From: Thermovirgaceae bacterium
Lineage (GTDB): Bacteria > Synergistota > Synergistia > Synergistales > Thermovirgaceae
Direction: 5' to 3'
DNA: 13,904 nucleotides
Assembly: GCA_046542505.1 (NCBI GenBank)
Contig: JBKHBH010000054.1
Location: 1-13,904 of the forward strand
Made by a program: the position numbers and the translations under genes. A model generated the notes under the pieces. That model was not told where the DNA came from. It saw nothing but the letters and a program-made list of their open reading frames with translations, and made no database searches. Shown piece after piece: positions 7,346 to 13,904 of the stretch (position 1 is its first letter; every line of letters starts with the position of its first letter).

Positions 7346-7448
7346 CCCTTTCGGTAACCCGGCGGTCGTGACCCTTGATTTTTTCAGGGGCTTTAGACCC
7401 GTGGCTTTGCGTCACCGCCTTTCGGCGGCTTTGCCCTTTCGCTGCTGA
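7346..7448 (-). ncRNA. Cyclic di-GMP-I (GEMM-I) riboswitch aptamer
   Basis: Minus strand reads GAAAGGGCAAAGCCGCC-GAAA-GGCGGTGACGCAAAGCCACGGGTCTAAAG...GACCGCCGGGTTACCGAAAGG. It has the GGCAAA, GAAA tetraloop, GACGCAAA, CTAA receptor and GGGTTACCG hallmarks. Vc2-equivalent G20, A47 and C92 are present. Confidence 0.95.
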
Positions 7449-7489
7449 GGTCTATTCAATTTTGAAGCAAACGGAATAAATGTTGCTTT

Positions 7490-7519
7490 ATTGGTAAAGG
7501 AAAAGTTTTCTTTTGTCAA
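7490..7519 (-). promoter_or_regulatory. Candidate sigma70 promoter for the riboswitch transcript
   Basis: Perfect TTGACA (7519-7514), then N17, then a weak -10 TACCAA(T). It lies about 40 nt upstream of the aptamer in AT-rich context. Confidence 0.4.
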
Positions 7520-7788
7520 GAAAATTTAAAGGGCTTGTGATGTGTGAAACAAACAAAATCCCAAAAATCGAAAGAAAATGACATGATTTGTCGAAAAAAA
7601 GAAATATTCCGCCTTTTGCCTTCTGGAGGCCTCTTCCATGGGTGCTTTGAACGACGGAAAAAAAGGGCGAAAAAATGCGGGAGTGTTGCAGTTGCCTGGA
7701 GAAAAGAATAAAACCCGCCGGGGTGGCAGAGGCACGCTATGAGATTGAAGGGAATGAGAAAAAAGCATACATACCGGGAAAAGAAGAG

Positions 7789-7832
7789 ACGAAAAACGGG
7801 GGCGGCCCATCAGGTCCGCCCCCGTTTTTCGT
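7789..7832 (-). terminator. Flagellin terminator (potentially bidirectional)
   Basis: ACGAAAAACGGGGGCGG-N10-CCGCCCCCGTTTTTCGT is a perfect 17-bp inverted repeat with T5 on both strands, about 75 nt after the flagellin stop. Confidence 0.85.
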
Positions 7833-7905
7833 GGTGCCTTGTCACTGTACCCATACGGCTTTTGGAATCCGTGCGATTGTCTGTTTGCGTGCTGCAAGGT
7901 TTCCT

Positions 7906-10224
7906 CTACTGCAGGAGACTCAAAACCGACTGGGGAAGCTGGTTCGCCTGGCCCAGCATGGCGTTGGCGGCCTGCATGAGGATCTGGTTTTTCGTGTACT
8001 CCGTCATTTCCCCTGCCATGTCCACGTCGCGGATGCGGCTTTCGGCGGCGGTGAGGTTGGTGCTGGCCGTCCGCAGGTTGTTGATGGTGTGCTCCAGGCG
8101 GTTCTGGTAGGCGCCGAGCCCCGCCCGCTGGTTGGAGACCTGGTTGATAGCGTCGTCGATGACTGTTACGGACCGGGTTGCGCTGTCCTTGTCGGTGACG
8201 AGCACCTTGTTGATCCCCAGGGCCGCCGAGGACATGTTGCCCAGGTCGATACTCATCCGCTCGCCCTCGTTGGCGCCGATCTGGAAGACCGCCGAGTTGC
8301 CCACGATGTGGACGTTTGTCTCTTCCACGCCGTCGGCCTTGGAGATATCCCAGGTTTTGCTGCCGGAGTCCCAGGAGATATCGGCGTTGGACATCATGTC
8401 GAACTGAACGTCCACGTTGGGATCGATGACGCCCACCAGGGTGTTCCCCGTCAATTCAACGTCGGTTGCCACGGCCTCACCGGTGTGGGCATCGGTCACG
8501 TCGACGGAGAAGCGGTTTTCCTTGCTGGCCTGGATCTCGTTGAGGCCCAGGGCGTTGAGCATGCCTTCGTCGGCGATGAAGTTGAGCTCGCCCGCCTTGC
8601 CCGAGACGGCGCTGCTGAAGACCATGGTGCCTTCCAGGGCGTAGGGCGTATCGTCGGTCCGCTCGCCGTCGGAGACGAACTGGGCGAAGTTTTCGGCGTC
8701 GGTGCTTGAAACGTAGGCATCCTGGCCGAGAGACTTGCCGATGGCGTCGTTGAACTTGTCAGCCGCCTGCTCGAGGGTGTCGTCGGCGTAGAGGGTGACC
8801 GAAGCCTTCGTGCCGTCGCCCTGGACGATGGTGACCGTCTGTGGGTCCGTCAGGAGATTGACGCCGCTTGCATTCGTAAAGGCGTCTAGCTCGGAAAGCT
8901 TCGTGGATTCGACGGCGACTTCGCCCGCAAGCAATCCTTCCCGAGAGTCGGCTGCCGTAATCGAGTCTGCAGCGTCAAGACCGGTAATCCCCGCATCGGT
9001 GACGCTACCGGCACCTGATGTATCGGCGGTGACGCTGAATCCGGCGTCGGGGTTGTCCGAGAGGAACTCCAACCTTCCATCATCGGTCAATTCCACCGAA
9101 AGCCCAAGGTTCGAGAAGGTTGTATCTGCATTCAGTTTCTCGACGATATCCGCCTGGAGTTCGGCGTCTGAAGCGTTGTCACCAAGTGTGATTGTTACAT
9201 CGTAGCCGGTGGACCCGTCATTGAACGTATAGACAATCTCGTCTCCGTCACTCGATGTCCCGGCGGCTGTCGCCGTAGCCGTGCCCGAGCCCTGCTCTGT
9301 GACGACACCCTCTGTGGCCGCGTCGATCGTTACGGCGTCAAGGCCCAGGTCCGCGTCTCCTCCGCTGACGTTGGTCTCGGAAATTTCATAGCCCGTCGAA
9401 GTGTCCGTCGAGAGGACGGCGATTTCGTCTCCGTCCGTCGCCGTGGCATAAAGATTCATTTCAGCGAAGTTGCCGTCGTTGTTGAGCAGATCCGCTATGT
9501 CCTCGGCGGTGGAATTTTCATCGACTTGTACGGTAACGTCCCGAGTTGCGCCTGTGTCATCTTCAAAAGTCAGCGTCACCGTATCAGTGTCTCCTGCAGC
9601 GGCTTCTGTGACTCCACTGCCGGTAGCCGATGAATAGAAAACCTGTTCGGATTCATCCTGTGCAAGGGTGAAGACGTTGCTCTTCTGGACCTGACCGGCT
9701 CCGGCCTCAAGGAGATCGACGGAGATCTTGTAGTTGCCCTCGTTGGAGACTTGTCCCTTGGCGAAGACTTCCGTGGTGTCGTTGTCGGTGGAGACCAGTG
9801 CCGAGGCGGAGCCGTCGAGGAGTTTCTTGGTATTGAAGGTCGTCGTGTCGGAAATGCGGTCGATTTCTTCGGCCAGCTGGTCGATTTCCGCCTGGATGGC
9901 CTGGCGGTCGTTGGACGTCAGGGTATCGTTGGCGGCCTGGACGGAGAGTTCCCGCATCCTCTGGAGGATGGACTGGGTCTCGTTCAGGGCGCCCTCGGCG
10001 GTCTGGATCATGGAGATGCCGTCCTGGGCGTTTCCGACGGCCTTGTCCAGCCCCTTTGTCTGGGCCCGCATTTTTTCCGAAATGGCGAGCCCTGCCGCGT
10101 CGTCGGCGGCACTGTTGATCCGAAGCCCCGTGGAGAGTCTCTCGAGAGACTTGGACAGGGAGTTCTCATTGGCTGCCAGACTGTTCTGGGTCACCAATGA
10201 ATTAATGTTGTGATAGATACGCAT
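7906..10224 (-). CDS. fliC: Flagellin (772 aa)
   Basis: True start [10 protein letters not shown] at 10224 after AAGGAGG. N-terminal [28 protein letters not shown] and [10 protein letters not shown]-terminal [26 protein letters not shown] and PQSVLSLLQ. Confidence 0.98.
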   Translation of the reverse strand: MRIYHNINSLVTQNSLAANENSLSKSLERLSTGLRINSAADDAAGLAISEKMRAQTKGLDKAVGNAQDGISMIQTAEGALNETQSILQRMRELSVQAANDTLTSNDRQAIQAEIDQLAEEIDRISDTTTFNTKKLLDGSASALVSTDNDTTEVFAKGQVSNEGNYKISVDLLEAGAGQVQKSNVFTLAQDESEQVFYSSATGSGVTEAAAGDTDTVTLTFEDDTGATRDVTVQVDENSTAEDIADLLNNDGNFAEMNLYATATDGDEIAVLSTDTSTGYEISETNVSGGDADLGLDAVTIDAATEGVVTEQGSGTATATAAGTSSDGDEIVYTFNDGSTGYDVTITLGDNASDAELQADIVEKLNADTTFSNLGLSVELTDDGRLEFLSDNPDAGFSVTADTSGAGSVTDAGITGLDAADSITAADSREGLLAGEVAVESTKLSELDAFTNASGVNLLTDPQTVTIVQGDGTKASVTLYADDTLEQAADKFNDAIGKSLGQDAYVSSTDAENFAQFVSDGERTDDTPYALEGTMVFSSAVSGKAGELNFIADEGMLNALGLNEIQASKENRFSVDVTDAHTGEAVATDVELTGNTLVGVIDPNVDVQFDMMSNADISWDSGSKTWDISKADGVEETNVHIVGNSAVFQIGANEGERMSIDLGNMSSAALGINKVLVTDKDSATRSVTVIDDAINQVSNQRAGLGAYQNRLEHTINNLRTASTNLTAAESRIRDVDMAGEMTEYTKNQILMQAANAMLGQANQLPQSVLSLLQ
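8950..9603 (-). repeat. Two tandem degenerate ~100-aa domains in the flagellin hypervariable region
   Basis: Unit 1 (~9603-9315): [19 protein letters not shown]...[32 protein letters not shown]...[10 protein letters not shown]. Unit 2 (~9267-8950): [18 protein letters not shown]...[32 protein letters not shown]...[11 protein letters not shown]. Confidence 0.7.
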
Positions 10225-10235
10225 GATACTCAACC

Positions 10236-10269
10236 TCCTTGTCTTTTTGTGGTTCTTCCTTCCGTGGAA
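10236..10269 (-). promoter_or_regulatory. Two CsrA-type binding sites in the flagellin 5' leader
   Basis: Hairpin TTCC-ACGGAA-GGAA (10269-10256) with an ANGGAN loop, and AAGGA overlapping the SD (10240-10236). This matches the two-site layout known for Bacillus subtilis hag. Confidence 0.7.
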
Positions 10270-10333
10270 CCCGGCGGCCTCTTTGCCGCCGGTTGGGCGG
10301 AAACGGCCGGCTCGCTTCCGCCTTCTACCGGGA

Positions 10334-10362
10334 AATATAAGAGGGTGTGCGGACACAAACAA
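10334..10362 (-). promoter_or_regulatory. Candidate sigma70-type flagellin promoter
   Basis: Minus strand TTGTTT-N17-TATATT. No CCGAT-containing sigma28 box was found between csrA and flagellin. Confidence 0.45.
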
Positions 10363-10456
10363 AAGAGGTGCGGTGAAAATTCGAGAGTGACCAAAAGTAC
10401 TTCCGTTTCAGCCTGGAAGACGCCTTTCGGGAAGCGGCGCGGCGAAAGGGAGCCAG

Positions 10457-10735
10457 CTAGGTTTCGTCTCCGTTTTCCCTAGGGGCGCCTTTCGTCCCTT
10501 GCCTGGCCTTGAGGAGGTCCCCCAGTTTCTTCGCGTCGCCCGAGGCGCTTTCGGCGGCGGAGCGGTTTGCCTCGGTGACCCTGAGGATCACTTCCTTGCG
10601 CCACACGTCCACCGAACGGGGCGCCTTGATCCCGAGGCGGACCGACCCGGAACCCGACTCCAGCACGGTGATCTCGATCCCGTCTTCCACGTCGATGACG
10701 ATGCTTTCTCCCTTCCGCCTGGAAAGAACGAGCAT
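10457..10735 (-). CDS. csrA: Carbon storage regulator CsrA (92 aa, FliW-type with C-terminal extension)
   Basis: MLVLSRRKGESIVI...VRLGIKAPRSVDVWRKEV...EANRSAA. The start ATG overlaps the fliW stop (TGATG). Confidence 0.95.
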   Translation of the reverse strand: MLVLSRRKGESIVIDVEDGIEITVLESGSGSVRLGIKAPRSVDVWRKEVILRVTEANRSAAESASGDAKKLGDLLKARQGTKGAPRENGDET

Positions 10736-11217
10736 CAGAGACCACCGTCCCTGCCGTCTCTGGAGCCCTCGAGGCGGGCGATCTCCTCGTCGGAAAGGAG
10801 GGGCGTCTCCACGCTCCACCGGTCGTCGGAGAGCACCACCTGCCGTCCCCGGCGCGTTTTGGGCGTCAGGGCCAGGGGAGCCAGGAGGTTGGCCGTTCCT
10901 TTCAGGGCGTCGCCGCCGGGGAGGTTCAGGATGGACAAAAGGACCACGTCCTCCATGGATTCGGCTCCAAGCTCCTCCAGAACGGCATCGGCCAGGACGG
11001 GGTCGTAACCGGCGTCCACCAGCGACGGCGGCGCCACGGGAAGGGCCACGGCGCCGCAGTCAACGGGCACGAGCCACTTGATGACCTCCTCGTCCTCGCC
11101 GGCCAGGACCCACCGGTGAAAGTCCGGGAAGCCCGGAAGCCCCCGGGGGAAAAAGAACAGGTCCTTTTCCTCCACGTCCAGTTCCCCCGCCAGGAGGGTC
11201 TGTACCCGTATGGTCAT
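10735..11217 (-). CDS. fliW: Flagellar assembly factor FliW (160 aa)
   Basis: Start MTIRVQTLLAGELDV at 11217. Motifs FPRGLPGFPD, WL, Y.P and TANLLAPL...RRGRQVVL; translationally coupled to csrA. Confidence 0.93.
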   Translation of the reverse strand: MTIRVQTLLAGELDVEEKDLFFFPRGLPGFPDFHRWVLAGEDEEVIKWLVPVDCGAVALPVAPPSLVDAGYDPVLADAVLEELGAESMEDVVLLSILNLPGGDALKGTANLLAPLALTPKTRRGRQVVLSDDRWSVETPLLSDEEIARLEGSRDGRDGGL

Positions 11218-11269
11218 GACAGTGGACCAACTCCTTCCTTGTAGAAAGCCTTCCATTTCAGGCGAATGT

Positions 11270-11310
11270 ATTATACCATTGTTTATAATGTTTATATCAA
11301 TAACATAAAA
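11270..11310. promoter_or_regulatory. AT-rich divergent promoter region
   Basis: Minus strand extended -10 TGGTATAAT (11278-11270) points toward fliW. Plus strand TATAAT (11284-11289) points toward the 11387 ORF. Confidence 0.55.
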
Positions 11311-11386
11311 CCAAGAACCCCGTCCATGTTGCTCGGCGAACCCCCTGTTTTCCATGTCGGCCGTGAGGACTTCGGAGGTGAGTTTC

Positions 11387-12559
11387 GTGACGGAAAAAAA
11401 GTGCATTCCCAGCCTTGTCTTTCTTGTGTCACTTTTGTTGCTTTTTGTCACCCCCGCCTGGGGGCGGGCCGCCGTGGAGGACATCCTCGACGGCCGGACG
11501 GCCTTTCACTGGGAAAGGACTTTCCTCTGCTGGGTCGTCCATTATCCCGAGGACATTGTGGACCCCTGGGTCCGATCCCATGCAGGGGCGGGGGGCGATC
11601 CCAACGGCCAGATGGCGGAAGAGTTCCGGAAGTCCCTGCGCCTTGACGACTCGACGCCGCTTCTTTTGTCCATCCACGGGTTCACAGCCGATCCGGTGCT
11701 CTTGAAGCCCCTGTCCGAACGGTTTTACCTCGAGCTCGAAACGGGCGAAAAGGTTCATCCAAAATCCTACGAAAGTGTCTTCGACGACCCCCTGACGGGG
11801 CTTGTCCAGGGGCTGGTCTTTTTCCCCAAGGTGGAAGGGCCCTTTACGCCCGTTTTGAAGTCGCCCTCGGGGCGCGATCTGGCCTTCGAATTCCCCGAGG
11901 AGCGGGAAAACCGCATCCGCAGGGAGGAGGCCGAAGCGCTGCGCGAAAAATACGATGATGCCGCCCGGGCCAAGACGCAGGATGTGGAAAGGCTCCTCCG
12001 TCAGGCGCGGCGCGAGGCCCTCGAGGAGGCCGAGGACCGGTGGCAGGAGGATCTGAGGGAGCTCAGGATGAAGCTGGAAGAGATCGCCGCCCAGCGGGAC
12101 ATGCTGCGGAAGCGCCTCGACGAGTCCCTGGCGGCGGCCGCGACGGCGAAACGAGCGAGCAGGCCGGCAGACGACAGGGATACGGGAGCACCGAAGGATA
12201 CGCAATCCCCGGAGGATGACCCGCAGCCCCCTTCGGCCGCAAAAGAACAGGGCTGGGGCCGGGACCAGGTGGTGGAGCTTTTCGTGGTGGACTGGAAGAA
12301 GGGCGACCACGAAGGGATGCACCAGTATCTTTCCCCGGCGTTGAGGGAAGAGATCACAGGCGCCGAAGCCCTCGGAACCTTCCTGAAGGAGAAGGTGCTG
12401 CCGGCGAAGCTTCCCTCCGACGCGAAGGTCAAAGACGAGGGGGACGAGACAGCGAAGGTGGTCTACGCCAACAAGGTGCTTTTCGTCCGGACGCTGCAAT
12501 CGGCGGAACTCGGGCTTTTCCGCGGCGCCGGTGGATGGTTCGTGGGAAGGATCGAATAG
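11387..12559 (+). CDS. Secreted/periplasmic hypothetical protein with a central coiled coil (390 aa)
   Basis: GTG 11387 after GGAGGTG RBS. Signal-peptide-like N-terminus (KK, hydrophobic stretch, PAWG), then a globular domain, an E/R/A-rich coiled coil, a P/D-rich linker and a small C-terminal domain. Confidence 0.8.
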   Translation: MTEKKCIPSLVFLVSLLLLFVTPAWGRAAVEDILDGRTAFHWERTFLCWVVHYPEDIVDPWVRSHAGAGGDPNGQMAEEFRKSLRLDDSTPLLLSIHGFTADPVLLKPLSERFYLELETGEKVHPKSYESVFDDPLTGLVQGLVFFPKVEGPFTPVLKSPSGRDLAFEFPEERENRIRREEAEALREKYDDAARAKTQDVERLLRQARREALEEAEDRWQEDLRELRMKLEEIAAQRDMLRKRLDESLAAAATAKRASRPADDRDTGAPKDTQSPEDDPQPPSAAKEQGWGRDQVVELFVVDWKKGDHEGMHQYLSPALREEITGAEALGTFLKEKVLPAKLPSDAKVKDEGDETAKVVYANKVLFVRTLQSAELGLFRGAGGWFVGRIE

Positions 12560-12563
12560 GGCT

Positions 12564-12591
12564 TCAAGAAGGGCCGCCTCAATGCCGATAC
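12564..12591 (+). promoter_or_regulatory. Sigma28-type promoter for yaaR(-flgG)
   Basis: TCAA(G)-N16-GCCGATAC in the short intergenic gap. Confidence 0.7.
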
Positions 12592-12622
12592 TGAGAGTGA
12601 AAGACCAGCACGCAGGACGGGA

Positions 12623-13078
12623 GTGGCCCAACCCATGGGAGACCAGGGAGCATCCATCGCCATCGACAACGCGTTCCGGGAGACACGGCCCTTCGAGGAG
12701 ACGACCGGCGGCAACCGGCCGAAGGAGGCCCTGCGCACCCAAAACGGGGAGCCCTTCGGCGAGAGCCTTCTCAAGGTTGCGACAGGGGAGCTTTTCGAAC
12801 AGCTTGACACCGTCGCCCGGCGTCTTTTCAGGTATCCCTCGCAAAAGGTGCTTGAAGACTACCGTTCGGTAGTCAGGCGCATCATGAAAGGGGCGGAGTC
12901 CATGCTCGAACTGCGGCGGGACTATTCCGTGGACTCGCCGAAGGCGAGAACCCTGATCGAACGGGCGGAAAAGGGCCTCGACGAGCTTGAGCGCATCCTG
13001 CGGCGGGAAGGCAGGCGGAGCCGGATCATGGGGATCACCTCGGAGATAAAAGGCTGCCTGCTGTCCCTGCTGGTCTGA
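12623..13078 (+). CDS. YaaR/DUF327 family protein
   Basis: Helical protein with RRLFRYPSQKVLEDYRSVVRRIM and terminal EIKGCLLSLLV, matching the DUF327 pattern. Start is GTG 12623 or ATG 12635. Confidence 0.75.
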   Translation: MAQPMGDQGASIAIDNAFRETRPFEETTGGNRPKEALRTQNGEPFGESLLKVATGELFEQLDTVARRLFRYPSQKVLEDYRSVVRRIMKGAESMLELRRDYSVDSPKARTLIERAEKGLDELERILRREGRRSRIMGITSEIKGCLLSLLV

Positions 13079-13111
13079 GGACCGCCGCCATCGGCAAGGG
13101 AGTGAGGATGA

Positions 13112-13903
13112 ATGATACGTGCTCTGTGGTCATCGGCAGCGGGGATGAAATCCCAGCAGACGAACCTGGATGTCATTTCCAACAACCTGGCCAACGTGAA
13201 CACTTCGGGCTTCAAGAAACAGCGGGCCGATTTCCAGGACCTCCTGTACCAGATTGACAGGGAGCCCGGAGCCCCCGTCGATCCGGGATCCACGGTTCCC
13301 ACGGGCGTGCAGGTGGGCCTCGGGAGCCGGGTGAGCGGGACGGAGCGGGTTATGAGCCAGGGGACGGTGGAGGTTACCGACAACCCTCTTGATCTGATGA
13401 TCCAGGGAGAGGGCTACTTCCAGGTCATCATGCCCGACGGAGAGATCGCCTACACGCGGAACGGGGCCTTCAAGATCGACGGCGACGGCCAGATCGTCAC
13501 CACCGACGGGTACCTCCTGGAGCCGGAGATCGTCGTGCCAGAGGATGCTACGGACATCGTGGTGAGCGACACAGGCGTGGTGTCCGTGAAGGTGGCGGGA
13601 GATCCCCTCATGCAGGAACTGGGGGAGATCGAGCTTGCCAGGTTCGTCAATCCGGCGGGGCTTCTGGCCCACGGGAAGAGCCTCTTTTTCGAGACCGACG
13701 CCAGCGGCGCCCCGCTTTTGGGTTTTCCCGGCGAAATGGGCGTGGGGACCCTCGTCCAGGGAGCCCTGGAGATGAGCAACGTCCAGGTGGTGGAAGAGAT
13801 GGTCAACATGATCACCGCCCAGCGGGCTTACGAGGCGGGATCCAAGGCCATCCAGACCGCCGATGACCTGCTGGCCGTCGCCAATAACCTGAAGAAGGGC
13901 TAG
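13112..13903 (+). CDS. flgG: Flagellar basal-body distal rod protein FlgG
   Basis: [54 protein letters not shown] and [23 protein letters not shown]. 263 aa; stop TAG at 13901-13903. Confidence 0.97.
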   Translation: MIRALWSSAAGMKSQQTNLDVISNNLANVNTSGFKKQRADFQDLLYQIDREPGAPVDPGSTVPTGVQVGLGSRVSGTERVMSQGTVEVTDNPLDLMIQGEGYFQVIMPDGEIAYTRNGAFKIDGDGQIVTTDGYLLEPEIVVPEDATDIVVSDTGVVSVKVAGDPLMQELGEIELARFVNPAGLLAHGKSLFFETDASGAPLLGFPGEMGVGTLVQGALEMSNVQVVEEMVNMITAQRAYEAGSKAIQTADDLLAVANNLKKG

Positions 13904-13904
13904 C

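Noticed and set aside
7346..7448. Possible 3',3'-cGAMP-sensing GEMM-Ib variant
   Set aside because: The Vc2 position-20 equivalent is G (AGGGCAAA) rather than A, and C92 is present, consistent with c-di-GMP.
7675..8709. 344-aa plus-strand ORF (also 8795-9205, 9734-10213, 9751-10200)
   Set aside because: Antisense shadows of flagellin caused by high-GC codon bias; no recognisable domains.
11429..12844. 471-aa minus-strand ORF
   Set aside because: Antisense to two better-supported genes that have RBS and signal-peptide or family motifs.
1..13904. CRISPR array, tRNA/rRNA, IS elements, CsrB-like multi-GGA sRNA
   Set aside because: No regularly spaced repeats, cloverleaf or rRNA motifs, transposase ORFs, or dense GGA-hairpin arrays were seen.

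Overview
GC-rich bacterial chromosomal window, probably from an anaerobe of the Synergistota type (inferred from the long flagellin architecture and gene mix; not verifiable here). The left end (1-2266) is the tail of a metabolic operon: a sodium:solute symporter and an opine (octopine/nopaline-type) dehydrogenase. The rest is a flagellar and motility-regulation region. It contains a possible FlaG-like ORF, a strongly divergent sigma-70-family factor coupled to cheW, two divergent hypothetical genes, an XRE HTH regulator, and a hypothetical gene under a c-di-GMP-I riboswitch with its terminator. These are followed by a 772-aa flagellin with a tandem-duplicated variable domain, fliW-csrA, a secreted hypothetical protein, yaaR/DUF327 and flgG. 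The most notable signal is a candidate regulatory circuit readable in cis. A (T)CC-ANGGAN-GGA CsrA-type hairpin sits in the flagellin leader and also over the ribosome-binding site of the divergent sigma factor. Sigma28-like promoters precede yaaR, one hypothetical gene and possibly the sigma gene. A predicted OFF-type c-di-GMP riboswitch controls an unknown HTH-like protein. No CRISPR, rRNA, tRNA or mobile element was seen.
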